A stretch of 64,000 nucleotides of DNA from Candidatus Saccharimonadales bacterium (GCA_035480235.1 DATIHX010000009.1:3857-67856), one strand, 5' to 3'; positions 8,298 through 20,556 are shown, counted from the stretch's first letter. Notes: a model not told the origin generated them from the letters alone. Translations and numbers: made by a program.

Positions 8298-9682
8298 CAG
8301 TTCGGTTTCCTTTCGTGCCAATCGGTTTCTTTTTGATACTCTTTGGCGATGGTTAGTAGGAGGTTATCTTTTTTCCAACTGGCCGTCAGCTGGCCGCCAA
8401 TGGGTAAGTTGTCTCCGGTAAAACCAGCTGGCAACGACAACGCCGGTACACCGGCCAGGTTAGCGGAAACAGTCAGTAGGTCTGATTGGTACATCGCTAC
8501 CGGATCTTTGGCCTTTTCACCAAACTTGAAAGCGGGCGTTGGGGTAGTTGGGTTAACTAAAACGTCCACTTTTTGGAAAACCTCGGCGTACTCTTTTTTG
8601 ATTTGAGCCGCCACTTTCACGGCTAACTGATAATAGTCGTCGTAATGGCCGACAGAAAGCGCGAACGTGCCCAGCAAGATCCGCCTTTTTACCTCGGCGC
8701 CAAAATTAGCCCGAGTGTCAAAATAAGTCTCAAGTAATTGGCCGCTCTGCCGCTCACTTTTTTTGTAACGGATGCCATCATAACGCGCCAAATTGGCCGA
8801 GGCTTCAGCCGGCAAAATAACGCAGTAAGCTGGTAGGGCGTGGGCGGTGGCGGGCAGCGTTACTTCAGTAACGGTTGCGCCTTTGGTTTTCAGCCAGGCT
8901 ACAAACTCGTCGTTCAGTTTTTTTACTTCCGGGTCGATATCTAACTCCCAAAGCTCCTTAGGCAGGCCGATTTTCAGCTTTTTGAAGTCAATTTCCGTTG
9001 GTTTGTAGCTGTAATCGATGGTCGTTTGATCATTGTCATCTTTGCCACAAATTGCGGCAAAAACTTTCTCCACATCGGCGGCGCTGCGGGCCAACGGGCC
9101 GATAACGTCAAGCGAGCTAGCTAAAGCCACTAAACCGTAGCGCGAGACGGCACCGTAGGTGGGTTTGAGGCCGGTAACGCCGCAGAAAGCGGCTGGTTGG
9201 CGGATCGAGCCGCCGGTATCGGAGCCAAGAGCGACATCACAGAGACCGGCCGCCACCGCCGCCGCCGAGCCACCGCTCGAACCGCCCGGCACCCTTGAGG
9301 TGTCCCAGGGGTTTTTCGTCGGGCCAAAAGCTGAATTCTCGGTGGAAGAGCCCATCGCAAATTCATCAAGGTTGGTTTTACCGACTAACGTCGCCCTAGC
9401 TTTTTTTAGGCGTTGAATGATAGTGGCGTCGTACGGCGAAATATAACCTTCCAAGATTTTCGAGCCAGCCGTCAGCGGCCAATCTTTGACAGCAATATTG
9501 TCTTTGACGGCAATTTTTACGCCAGTGAGATTGCCGTCACCCTGAGCGAGGCTCTGCGAGTCGAAGGGTGGTGTGAGTGGCGTTAGCTCTGGGTATAAAA
9601 AAGCGTTGTATCTATTTGAGGGAACGACCTTGTCGCTCTTGTCGTGACCGAAAAAGTTTGTCGAAGACAAGCTATCCTTCAT
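8297..9682 (-). CDS. gatA: Glu-tRNA(Gln) amidotransferase subunit A
   Basis: Amidase signature GGSSGGSAAAVAAG...GSDTGGSIRQPA. Confidence 0.95.
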   Translation of the reverse strand: MKDSLSSTNFFGHDKSDKVVPSNRYNAFLYPELTPLTPPFDSQSLAQGDGNLTGVKIAVKDNIAVKDWPLTAGSKILEGYISPYDATIIQRLKKARATLVGKTNLDEFAMGSSTENSAFGPTKNPWDTSRVPGGSSGGSAAAVAAGLCDVALGSDTGGSIRQPAAFCGVTGLKPTYGAVSRYGLVALASSLDVIGPLARSAADVEKVFAAICGKDDNDQTTIDYSYKPTEIDFKKLKIGLPKELWELDIDPEVKKLNDEFVAWLKTKGATVTEVTLPATAHALPAYCVILPAEASANLARYDGIRYKKSERQSGQLLETYFDTRANFGAEVKRRILLGTFALSVGHYDDYYQLAVKVAAQIKKEYAEVFQKVDVLVNPTTPTPAFKFGEKAKDPVAMYQSDLLTVSANLAGVPALSLPAGFTGDNLPIGGQLTASWKKDNLLLTIAKEYQKETDWHERKPN

Positions 9683-9980
9683 CTGCTACCTCGCCGAAAA
9701 CCGCCGGCACGACGTTTTGGCCGTCTCGCCAGTCGGGCGCTAAGTTCTTTAATTGCTCCACACTTAACCGCTCGCCGCTCACTTCATCCGGCCGCAAACT
9801 TTCTAATTCTGCCGGTTCGGCTCCAGCTAAACTGTCATCCAATTTGACCGCTCGCAGCTGCTCCACAAATTCCACAATTTTCGGCAATTCCTGGCTCAAA
9901 CTTTTTTGTTCTTCGGTGCTCAGACGGATTCTGGCCAACTTGGCCAAATGAGCAATTTCGGCGGCAGAGAGTTCAGACAT
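9672..9980 (-). CDS. gatC: Asp/Glu-tRNA amidotransferase subunit C
   Basis: Small acidic protein (MSELSAAEIAHLAKLARIRLSTEEQ...) immediately upstream of gatA and overlapping it. Start trimmed from 10019. Confidence 0.8.
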   Translation of the reverse strand: MSELSAAEIAHLAKLARIRLSTEEQKSLSQELPKIVEFVEQLRAVKLDDSLAGAEPAELESLRPDEVSGERLSVEQLKNLAPDWRDGQNVVPAVFGEVADEG

Positions 9981-10081
9981 ATCTGGAACGAGTATACCAA
10001 CCCGTCCCTCTTCGCTCAATGCTAGAATTTTGCGAGCGAATTGGTACGCTCAGCTTATCTCATCGTTCCTTAAGAGGTCTA

Positions 10082-10252
10082 ATGGCTCTAATCACCCGGC
10101 TGTTGCTTATTCTCGACGTCATTTGTGCCGTCATTAGCGTGATGGCGGTCATTGGCAGCAACGGTAAGCTCAATCGCTTCTGGCGATTGTTCGTTTATTT
10201 CACCCTCGCCTTCACCGTCGTACTGATGACTTGCATCTTCTACCAGCCCTAA
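10082..10252 (+). CDS. hypothetical small membrane protein
   Basis: Two hydrophobic helices, followed by a terminator. Start uncertain (10019 or 10082). Confidence 0.35.
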   Translation: MALITRLLLILDVICAVISVMAVIGSNGKLNRFWRLFVYFTLAFTVVLMTCIFYQP

Positions 10253-10296
10253 CCGCTCCGGCGGTTTTTAAAAAAGCCGCCGAATTACTCCGGCGG
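10252..10296. terminator. back-to-back terminators for convergent genes
   Basis: Plus strand: ACCGC tccg GCGGT TTTT. Minus strand: CCGCCG gagtaatt CGGCGG CTTTTTT. Confidence 0.6.
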
Positions 10297-10311
10297 TCGA
10301 TACCACATCCT

Positions 10312-10641
10312 TCAACACTTTTTTGGTTCGTCTAAGTCGTCCAAATCTTCAAACGTGGCGCCGCCATTGTCGAATACCACCATGCTCCGATGATAACCGG
10401 CCTTGCTACCAGCCCTGAAGTTCAGCTCACCGATAAACGCATCGCCTAGATCGTGTTTTCCGACGAAGCGGGAAGCCATAGAAGCACCTTTGAGGAACGC
10501 AACACATTCACCAAGGCTTCCAAATGTAGCCCCTTCCTCACTCCGCACATTTTTCATCGAAATGTTGTAAACATTAATCGATGGAACGTCATCTGTTACC
10601 TTCTTCCGAACAATGATCGTCATTATCACTTTTCTTGCCAA
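10312..10641 (-). CDS. hypothetical protein
   Basis: 109 aa, with a GGAGA RBS 5 nt before the TTG start. No motif recognised. Confidence 0.5.
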   Translation of the reverse strand: MARKVIMTIIVRKKVTDDVPSINVYNISMKNVRSEEGATFGSLGECVAFLKGASMASRFVGKHDLGDAFIGELNFRAGSKAGYHRSMVVFDNGGATFEDLDDLDEPKKC

Positions 10642-10705
10642 GTTAATCTCCCTGCCGTGCCATCACGGTTTGTTGGGGTAATTGTACTGGTTTTTGACTG
10701 AAAAG

Positions 10706-13053
<2,348 letters not shown>

Positions 13054-13108
13054 TCTTCACCTCCTTATTTGCAAACTCTAGCAATTTTCCCGCAGTTAGT
13101 CAAGAGAT

Positions 13109-14011
13109 CTAGGCCATTTCCTGCAATTTTTTAATCCGGTCTTGGATCGGTGGGTGGGTGGAAAAAAGCGTGGTAAACCAGTTGGCTTTAACTTTCTCGT
13201 CGTCCACACCGTACGGCTCGTTAATAAACAAGTGGGCGGTGGCGCGGTTAACCCGGCGCATCGGTTTTTCAAATTTCTCAATTTTAACCAGCGCTGAAGC
13301 CAAGCCTTCTGGGTAACGTGTTAATAAAACGCCGGAAGCGTCCGCCAGATACTCGCGTTTGCGGGAGATGGCTAGTTGAATTAACTGGCCGAAAATTGGC
13401 GCTAAAATCGCTAACACAATGCCGATAATCATCAGCCAACCAGCCGAGTTATCGTTATCGCTATTACTCCGCCGACCGCCACCCCACCAGAGCGAACGTA
13501 AAAAGATGTCGGAAATAAGCACGATTGCCCCAACCAAGGTAACGGCCACCGTCATCACTAAAATATCGTAGTTTTTAACGTGGGAGAGCTCGTGGGCCAA
13601 TACCCCCTCCAGCTCGGTTTTGCTCATAATCGCTAGTAAACCGGTGGTGACCGCGACGGCGGCGTGGGTGGTGTTGCGACCGGTGGCGAAGGCGTTCGGC
13701 GCTGGGTCGTCGATTACGTAGACGCGCGGCTTGGGAAGGCCAGCCGTGATGGCTAAATTTTCCACCACGTGATGAAGCTCTGGGAACTGCGCCACCGGCG
13801 CTTCCACTGCTCCAGCCACCGCCAGGGCCACAGAGTCGGCAAAATAATAGCTAAACCAACTTTGCACCACGGCAATAATAACGGCGATCACCAAAATGAT
13901 GGGCGAATTATAGATATAGCTAAACGCCCAGCCGACGCCGATCACCACCAACGCAAAAAAGAAAAACAGGTAGAGTGTCCGACGTTTATTGGCATCAACT
14001 TGGCTGTACAT
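13109..14011 (-). CDS. htpX: M48-family zinc metalloprotease HtpX
   Basis: HELSHV zinc motif within a multi-TM protein. Start trimmed to the ATG at 14011 (MYSQVDANKRRT). Confidence 0.9.
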   Translation of the reverse strand: MYSQVDANKRRTLYLFFFFALVVIGVGWAFSYIYNSPIILVIAVIIAVVQSWFSYYFADSVALAVAGAVEAPVAQFPELHHVVENLAITAGLPKPRVYVIDDPAPNAFATGRNTTHAAVAVTTGLLAIMSKTELEGVLAHELSHVKNYDILVMTVAVTLVGAIVLISDIFLRSLWWGGGRRSNSDNDNSAGWLMIIGIVLAILAPIFGQLIQLAISRKREYLADASGVLLTRYPEGLASALVKIEKFEKPMRRVNRATAHLFINEPYGVDDEKVKANWFTTLFSTHPPIQDRIKKLQEMA

Positions 14012-14084
14012 TGCCGTTACAGTATACCATTCCCACCCCCTTGCATCGCGTAAAAAACACTGCCACGATAGGTTTAGGGGGATC

Positions 14085-14954
14085 ATGCGCAAAATATTTT
14101 CAACTAAAACACTCGTTATTTTCTTTACCGTCGTTCTACTGGCTCAAGTTTTTCAGGATATTTACCTGTACACTTTGCCGGCTCACGATACTAACGCCAA
14201 TTTTTGGATTAACCTCTACGGCTCCACCTCCATTTTCATCGCTATTCTGGGCTTCTTAACGGTTTATTTGGGCCGGGAGAAAAAAACCACCCTGTCACGC
14301 TCGGTTGCCTGGCTATCTTGGGGGGCGCTGTTGAACGGCCTCGGCTTGTTTTACTGGCTTTACAACAATTTGCACAACAACATTACCGTGCCGTACCCAT
14401 CGCTGGGCGAGTACCTTTTCTTGAGCTTTCCCCTCTTAATGTATGTGGGTTCGTGGCTCTTGCTCGATATTTACCGACCCCTCATTAAAACCCGGCTGAT
14501 TTTGGAAGCGGCCGTGATCTTCCTGGTCAGCGCAGCACTGATCTTTCACTACTTCATCATTCCTAATCTTGGTGGGGTAGAAAGTATCTTTGGTAAGATC
14601 GTGACCGTCTCTATCCCGGCCGAAGACGCTATCACCCTGGCATTTGCCTACATAATTTTGCGGGTTAGCGGCGGCAAAATGCACACCTACCTTTGGCTGT
14701 TTGTGATTAACTTAATTATTCTCACCATCGCCGACTTCACCTTCCAATACCGCGACGCGGTGGGTATTTACTGGAACGGCGACATCGCCGACCTTTTGTA
14801 CATGATTAATATGTACTTCTACGCTCTGGCGATTATTTACATGATCGACAACTCCACCACCGCCCAACAAGGTATTGCCAACAGCCTGCCGCCAACCCCA
14901 GCTGCCCCGACGCCAGCCGTTACCGCTCCCCAAGAGCCGGCCCCCACCGCTTAG
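14085..14954 (+). CDS. hypothetical polytopic membrane protein with a Pro/Ala-rich tail
   Basis: GGGGGA RBS before the ATG at 14085. Many TM helices. Confidence 0.6.
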   Translation: MRKIFSTKTLVIFFTVVLLAQVFQDIYLYTLPAHDTNANFWINLYGSTSIFIAILGFLTVYLGREKKTTLSRSVAWLSWGALLNGLGLFYWLYNNLHNNITVPYPSLGEYLFLSFPLLMYVGSWLLLDIYRPLIKTRLILEAAVIFLVSAALIFHYFIIPNLGGVESIFGKIVTVSIPAEDAITLAFAYIILRVSGGKMHTYLWLFVINLIILTIADFTFQYRDAVGIYWNGDIADLLYMINMYFYALAIIYMIDNSTTAQQGIANSLPPTPAAPTPAVTAPQEPAPTA

Positions 14955-15685
14955 TCGTTCGGTAAAACGTTAGTCACCAGCGACAGCAAGTCGCCACCGC
15001 CGCTGTAAATCTTCTCGAACTTTTGGCGAATCGCTAGGGCTTGCTGCTTAGCCACCAGCTCGCCGAAAAAGCTTTTTAGTTCGTCGTAGAGGCCCTTATA
15101 AAGCTGTTGGTAGGCGGCGACTACATCGGCTTTAGTCATAGCTTGAAACTTGGGGTGAACGTCGGTAAAGAGGATTCCGTCGTCGGTAATTTTAATCAGC
15201 GCCAGTGGCGTATTGGTAGCCGCTTTTTGCACCACCACTTGCAGTTGGTTCTGGCCCAAGCCAGTTAGCAGCAGCTGCATCAGGTCTACCGCCCCAATTT
15301 TCAGGAAATGGTCGGCCTGCTCATTATCGGCCGAAAAAATAAGGTGGAACATCGGCGTCATCTGGTCCAGTTGCACCCGGCTTTTCACTTTCTCTCGTAT
15401 TTGCTCGCGGGTGTAAACGTTTTTGACGGCCGGCGGCTGGTGCTCCAATACGTAGCGCTCCAGGGCAAAATAAATCGGGATAAAAGCCAGGTCGCGCTTC
15501 TTTTCTGTGATGGCTTGGGCCTGTTTGTACATTTCCATCTCGTGGCTAATGTCTTTAATGTTGGTTACCTCTTCCTCCAGGCAAATTAAGGCTTTGTTGG
15601 CCTCGGCTAAGGCCGGGTAACGGAAATGCTTTTGTAGCATATCCCCCGATCCAAATTTACTAAACAACCAGCTAATTAAGCTCAT
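14951..15685 (-). CDS. hypothetical protein
   Basis: 244 aa. Long ORF in the local coding orientation, no motif recognised. Confidence 0.6.
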   Translation of the reverse strand: MSLISWLFSKFGSGDMLQKHFRYPALAEANKALICLEEEVTNIKDISHEMEMYKQAQAITEKKRDLAFIPIYFALERYVLEHQPPAVKNVYTREQIREKVKSRVQLDQMTPMFHLIFSADNEQADHFLKIGAVDLMQLLLTGLGQNQLQVVVQKAATNTPLALIKITDDGILFTDVHPKFQAMTKADVVAAYQQLYKGLYDELKSFFGELVAKQQALAIRQKFEKIYSGGGDLLSLVTNVLPND

Positions 15686-15755
15686 CTCTCACGAGTATAG
15701 CACCGAGCAGCGCTTAACAGAAAAACTCAGTGGTTGGTAGACTAAAGGCAGTTTT

Positions 15756-16310
15756 TTAAAACTGCACTTTGACTGGTTGGCGTTCGGCGGGAGAATCGAC
15801 GCCGAAGAATTCGCGCTTGGCGTAGCCGAGCATCCCAGCGAAAATGCTGGTGGGGAATTTTTCAATCTTGATATTCAAATCTCGGACTTCGCCATTGTAA
15901 AATCGCCGGGCGGCCTGGATTTTGTCTTCGGTGTCGGTAATTTCGCTCTGGAGCTGCAGAAAGTTCTGTGAACTTTTCAGCTCGGGGTAGGCTTCGGTGA
16001 CGGCGAACAAGGTTTTTAGCGTGCCGGACAGCGCGTTTTCGGCTTTGGCCTTATCTTCCAGGCCGGTCGCGCCCATCGCTTTGGAGCGGGCTTCGGTCAC
16101 TTCCGTAAAGACTTTTTGCTCTTGTTTGGTAATACCCTTAACGGTCTCGACCAAATTTGGAATTAAATCATACCGGCGCTTGAGTTGGACGTCGATGTCG
16201 CTCCAGGCTTCATCGGTCCGGTTTTTGAGCGTTACCAAACCATTGTAAACGGCCACCAGCCAGAGCAAGAAAACTACGACGATCGCGATAATAATCCACA
16301 GAATTGTCAT
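15756..16310 (-). CDS. lemA: LemA family protein
   Basis: N-terminal TM helix, then YNGLVTLKNRTDEAWSDIDVQLKRRYDLIPNLVETVKG...RRFYNG. Confidence 0.9.
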   Translation of the reverse strand: MTILWIIIAIVVVFLLWLVAVYNGLVTLKNRTDEAWSDIDVQLKRRYDLIPNLVETVKGITKQEQKVFTEVTEARSKAMGATGLEDKAKAENALSGTLKTLFAVTEAYPELKSSQNFLQLQSEITDTEDKIQAARRFYNGEVRDLNIKIEKFPTSIFAGMLGYAKREFFGVDSPAERQPVKVQF

Positions 16311-16328
16311 GGACTTAATTATACACTT

Positions 16329-17504
16329 TTACTTATTGGCTAGCTCCAGCGCTTTAGCCAGCACGGGATCTGAACTATCGGTTTTAGCGTCGGTTACTTT
16401 AACGTCGGGCTGCAGACCGGTTTTGTTGATGGTTCGGCCGTTGGGCGTTAGCCACTCGGCGATGGTAATCCGCAGCGCCGTATTGCCCGGCAAGTCGATA
16501 ACGTCTTGAACCGAGCCCTTACCGAAGGTTTTTTCGCCGATCAACGTCGCTCGTTTGTAGTCTTGCAAAGCGCCAGCCAGAATCTCGGCGGCCGATGCTG
16601 AGCCGCCGTTGACCAAAACATAGATCGGCGTGGTCGGCAGCACCGGAATAGCGGTGGAGCGCAGCTCGGTAATCTTGCCGCTTTTGCTTTTTTCTTTGAC
16701 CACGATCGAAGGCGCCGCGAACTCGCCGAAGATCGGTGCCACGTCGTCCAGAAAACCACCCGGATCGTCGCGCAGATCAATTATCAATGCCTTGGGTTTG
16801 GAGGCTGCTAAGTCGGTAACGGCTTTCTGGACTTCGCCAACTGTGTCGTTGCCGAACTGGTTAATCTGCAGGAAGGCGACGTTGCCGGCGAGCGTCTTAC
16901 TGCTGACACTCGGCACGGCGATGTCGTCGCGAGTAATTTTAACGTCAAAAGGCTGTTGAACGTTGGAGCGAACAATCGTTAGGGTAACGGCGGTACCTTT
17001 AGCGCCACGAATTTCGCCCACCACCTGGTCCAAACTCTGGCCTTCGGTTGATTTGCCGTCAACTTTGGCGATGACGTCACCGGCTTTCAGCCCAGTTTTT
17101 TCGGCCGGTGAACCGGCCAGCGGCGCCAATATCGTTACCGTCTCATTCTTTTCCACTAACTCGGCGCCGATGCCTTGGAATTGCCCGGAGAGTTCGGTGG
17201 TTAAATCGTTCTTGGCGGCAGTAGTAAGGTATGAGCTGAACGGGTCGCCGAGGCTGTCCACTAGGCCTTGGGTCGCGCCCTGGACGGCCTTATTTTTATC
17301 GAGGCTGCCAACGTAATTAGCCTGAATCAGGCTGTAGACTTTCCAAAAACTGCCCAAGTCTAAACCTTGACGATTTTCCTCAAAACCAATTCCGCCAAAG
17401 ATCCCGGCCAAAAAAACTGCGATAAAAGCCGAGATTAGAAAAATTTTCTTAACCGTTTTTTGTGAGAGACTTTTTTTGGGCTGGGGCGTCGGTTCGGCCA
17501 TCAA
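16329..17504 (-). CDS. S41 C-terminal processing (tail-specific) peptidase with PDZ domain
   Basis: PDZ segment (GLKAGDVIAKVDG), then the S41 core (LIIDLRDDPGG...VLVNGGSASAAEILAGAL...GEKTFGKG). Confidence 0.9.
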   Translation of the reverse strand: MMAEPTPQPKKSLSQKTVKKIFLISAFIAVFLAGIFGGIGFEENRQGLDLGSFWKVYSLIQANYVGSLDKNKAVQGATQGLVDSLGDPFSSYLTTAAKNDLTTELSGQFQGIGAELVEKNETVTILAPLAGSPAEKTGLKAGDVIAKVDGKSTEGQSLDQVVGEIRGAKGTAVTLTIVRSNVQQPFDVKITRDDIAVPSVSSKTLAGNVAFLQINQFGNDTVGEVQKAVTDLAASKPKALIIDLRDDPGGFLDDVAPIFGEFAAPSIVVKEKSKSGKITELRSTAIPVLPTTPIYVLVNGGSASAAEILAGALQDYKRATLIGEKTFGKGSVQDVIDLPGNTALRITIAEWLTPNGRTINKTGLQPDVKVTDAKTDSSDPVLAKALELANK

Positions 17505-18687
17505 GTTTTTGGATAATCTGGTCGGCTGCTGGCACCGAGGCGATTACCGCTCCCCCCAAGAGCTGGCCTTTTTCACTATAAAAAACGATCGATTGGCCGG
17601 GCGTGATGGCTCGAACCGGTTCGCCAAAACGAACAAGAAGTTCTTCGCCTTTAAGCGAGACCGTGCAATCAACATCTTCCTGACGGTACCGGATTTTGGC
17701 TTTCATCGCAATCTGGCGATGAAAGCCACCCTGAGCAAGCGCTAGCGAGTCGAAGGGTTCTTCCGTTAGCCAATTCGCTTGGCTGGCGACTAGCTCACTG
17801 GCGTAGGTTTGGCTATCCGGCCCAACGATTAGGCGGTTATTTTTCAAATCTTTGGCGATCACAAACAGCGGCGGCACGTCTCCGGTCCAGGAAACTGAGC
17901 CGGCACCCAGGCGTTGGCCGATGGTATAGAGGTTAACACCGTCGTGGTGGGCGATGACCCGACCGTCAGTGAGCACAGCAACGCCAGGTTTTGACTTTAA
18001 GCGGCTAGCCAGAAATTGCCGGACTTTTAGTGGGCCAATAAAACAAATCCCCTGACTGTCTTTTTTGGTCGCCGTCGGCAAGCCGGACTTATTAGCCAGC
18101 TGGCGAACTTGGGGTTTAGTTAAATCTCCGAGTGGAAACAAAATATGCGACAGGATCTCCCGGCTAATCCCCCACAGAAAATAAGTCTGATCCTTGTTCT
18201 CATCATGCGCTTTGAAAATCGCTTGATTCGTAAATCCGAATTTCGAATTTCGAATTTCAAAACTGTTTCGGATTTCGGATTTCGTGCTTCGGATTTCTCG
18301 CAACTGTGCGTAGTGCCCTGTAGCCAGGTAATTTGGCTCGAATTGGCGGACGGCCTGCCAGAGCGCTTTAAATTTAATCTCGCGGTTACACAAAATGTCT
18401 GGGTTCGGCGTGACGCCGGCCGCGTAGCCGGCGAAAAATTCGTCAATGACGGCTTGCTCGTATTCTTTGCTCAAATTAACAGTGTAAAACGGGATTTCGA
18501 GCTTGCTGGCGACAGTCCGAGCGTCGGCTTCTTCGCTCTGCCAGTTGCAGGGGAATTCCTCCGTGCCGGTCCAACCCAAAATGTAGACGCCGATGACGTC
18601 GTAATTCTGTTCTTTCAGCAGCGCCGCTGCGACCGAGGAATCGACGCCACCAGACATTAAGGCAATTACCCGTCCTTTTGAATTCAT
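17449..18687 (-). CDS. mnmA: tRNA 2-thiouridine(34) synthase MnmA, carrying an in-frame repeat insert
   Basis: PP-loop MSGGVDSSVAA, ATGHYA and DENKDQTYFL motifs. Start trimmed to the ATG at 18687. Confidence 0.9.
   Translation of the reverse strand: MNSKGRVIALMSGGVDSSVAAALLKEQNYDVIGVYILGWTGTEEFPCNWQSEEADARTVASKLEIPFYTVNLSKEYEQAVIDEFFAGYAAGVTPNPDILCNREIKFKALWQAVRQFEPNYLATGHYAQLREIRSTKSEIRNSFEIRNSKFGFTNQAIFKAHDENKDQTYFLWGISREILSHILFPLGDLTKPQVRQLANKSGLPTATKKDSQGICFIGPLKVRQFLASRLKSKPGVAVLTDGRVIAHHDGVNLYTIGQRLGAGSVSWTGDVPPLFVIAKDLKNNRLIVGPDSQTYASELVASQANWLTEEPFDSLALAQGGFHRQIAMKAKIRYRQEDVDCTVSLKGEELLVRFGEPVRAITPGQSIVFYSEKGQLLGGAVIASVPAADQIIQKLDGRTDAPAQKKSLTKNG
18232..18300. repeat. in-frame heptamer-repeat module, inverted pair (mnmA copy)
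   Basis: aaatccgaatttcgaatttcgaatttcaaaac tg tttcggatttcggatttcgtgcttcggatttctcg. It encodes EIRSTKSEIRNSFEIRNSKFGF inside MnmA. Confidence 0.8.
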
Positions 18688-18738
18688 CCTTGGCAATTTT
18701 ACCAATTTTCCGGCCAAAAGTCTTGAGCTCAACGGATG

Positions 18739-19734
18739 CTAATTGGTAAAGTCCTGCGTAAACATCTCCCCGTAGATGCCGCCATCAATTACGCCCATGC
18801 CAACCTGCCGGAAATCTTTCTCTAAGATATTGGCCCGGTGCTCGGGGGAGTTCATCAAACCGTTGAAGGCCAGTTGGACGTTAGCGGCGTAGGCCAAGTT
18901 CTCGCCGGCCACTTTAAAGGTAATGCCGGCGTCGGTCATCCGGTCGAACGGCGTCTTGCCGTCCGGGTCGTTATGGGCAAAATAGCCGCGGGCGAACATA
19001 TCGCGCGAATGGGCTTCGCCCACCGCCACTAACTTCGTGGCCATCGTCAGCGGCACCAAACCGGCTTGGCGGCGGGCCTGATTGACCAGATCTAGTAGCT
19101 GGGTTTCGGCGGCGGCGTCTACCTTGACGTCGGTGGTGGTAAACTTTAAGTCCACGCGGTCGTTGGAGCCGATAATCTGCTCATTTTGCGGCGGCACCGT
19201 TAAAAACGTCAAGCTTTTTTCGACGTCCCGGCCGAAAATTTTATTCAAATACCCTTCCACCGTACCGCTTTGAGCGACAAACTTACTGCCCAAGTACGAG
19301 CCGTTGATAGCCTGCTTCAGTTGCCTCGGCACCGGGGCGATGACAGCCACCGTCAGAACAATAGCGATAATCACCGCCGCTTTAGCCAGTGCCGGGAAAA
19401 CGCCGGCGATGTGGTTAGATCGACTCCGGCGAATAACGGCGGGCAAGAGATGATAGCCGTATTTGAGGGCCAGAGAGAATAACGCCTGCAAAACCGTCCA
19501 ATCGATGAGAAAGGCCAGCGGGTCAGCGGCTTCCGGCAAAACGCCAGCGTGCGCGGAGAGCCAGGCGCCGATCGGCCGGTACGTCCAGGCGGCCAAGAAA
19601 ATCGTCAGGAAAAAGCCGATCAGCTCCAAAACCTGCTCCATAAAACCGCGGTTGACGCCCTCGAAAACGTAAATAACCAGCGTGACGACTATAATGCCGT
19701 CAATCCAGTTCATGAGCGACAAATCAAAAAGCAA
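18739..19734 (-). CDS. CvpA-like membrane domain fused to a CAP/SCP (PR-1-like) domain
   Basis: The N-terminus has multi-TM CvpA-like helices. The C-terminus reads AHSRDMFARGYFAHNDPDG...GENLAY...MNSPEHRANIL. Confidence 0.75.
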   Translation of the reverse strand: MLFDLSLMNWIDGIIVVTLVIYVFEGVNRGFMEQVLELIGFFLTIFLAAWTYRPIGAWLSAHAGVLPEAADPLAFLIDWTVLQALFSLALKYGYHLLPAVIRRSRSNHIAGVFPALAKAAVIIAIVLTVAVIAPVPRQLKQAINGSYLGSKFVAQSGTVEGYLNKIFGRDVEKSLTFLTVPPQNEQIIGSNDRVDLKFTTTDVKVDAAAETQLLDLVNQARRQAGLVPLTMATKLVAVGEAHSRDMFARGYFAHNDPDGKTPFDRMTDAGITFKVAGENLAYAANVQLAFNGLMNSPEHRANILEKDFRQVGMGVIDGGIYGEMFTQDFTN

Positions 19735-19771
19735 AAATTAAAAGTTAAAATTGTTGAGTGGCGATGCGACA

Positions 19772-20554
19772 TTACTTTAATTTAAACAGGTTTTTGGCGT
19801 TTTGAGTGGTGATGGTAGCAATTTCGGCGGTGGAGACACCACGTAATTCTGCTAAAAACGTAGCAATTTTTTCCACCGTTTTTGGGTCATTGCGGCCGCC
19901 GCGATTGTCGACGGGGGGTAAAAATGGGCTGTCGGTTTCCAGCATCAGGCGATCGGTCGGAATCGTTTTAAAGACTTCAGCCAACCCCGTATTTTTTGGG
20001 TAAGTGACGATGGCGGTAGCGGAAAGGTGCAAGCCCAAAGCCAAAAATGCTTCGGCTTGGGCCGCCGTGCCGCTGAAACAGTGAATAACCCCACCCAGCC
20101 CCGGGTAATCAGCGAGAATCGTCGCCAAGTCGCCGTAGGCGTCGCGGCAATGGAAAATGACCGGCAACTTTTGATCGGCAGCAAAAGTTAGCATTTCGCG
20201 CAAAGCGGCCTTTTGGCGGTTAGCGGTCTCGGTGGTCTGGTCGCGAAAGTAATCCAGGCCAATCTCGCCGATTGCCACAATTTTTGGGTTAGCGGCGATC
20301 AATTTTTGCCACTCCTTCATTAGTTCCGGCAATTGGGCCAAAGTTTGAGACCCGATTTCCGTCGGGTGAAGACCGAGCACTCCCCAAATAAGCGAATTCT
20401 CTGTCGCCAACGCATCTACTTTGGCCGCCGATTCTTGGTCGGTTGCCACCTCAATCACCCCAATTTCTAACCGGGCTAATTCGGCGATAACGGCCGGCCG
20501 GTCGGCGTCAAAGGCCGGAAAATGCAGGTGGGCGTGGGTATCCACCAGGCGCAT
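19772..20554 (-). CDS. tatD: TatD-family metal-dependent hydrolase
   Basis: MRLVDTHAHLHF...GEIGLDY...FHCRDA...IHCFSG...ETDSPFL. Start trimmed to 20554. Confidence 0.9.
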   Translation of the reverse strand: MRLVDTHAHLHFPAFDADRPAVIAELARLEIGVIEVATDQESAAKVDALATENSLIWGVLGLHPTEIGSQTLAQLPELMKEWQKLIAANPKIVAIGEIGLDYFRDQTTETANRQKAALREMLTFAADQKLPVIFHCRDAYGDLATILADYPGLGGVIHCFSGTAAQAEAFLALGLHLSATAIVTYPKNTGLAEVFKTIPTDRLMLETDSPFLPPVDNRGGRNDPKTVEKIATFLAELRGVSTAEIATITTQNAKNLFKLK

Positions 20555-20556
20555 GG

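Noticed and set aside
18232-18300. Tandem short repeats as a possible CRISPR array or VNTR.
   Set aside because: The units are about 7 nt with no spacers, lie inside a conserved ORF and keep the frame. There are no cas genes. They are reported instead as an in-frame repeat module.
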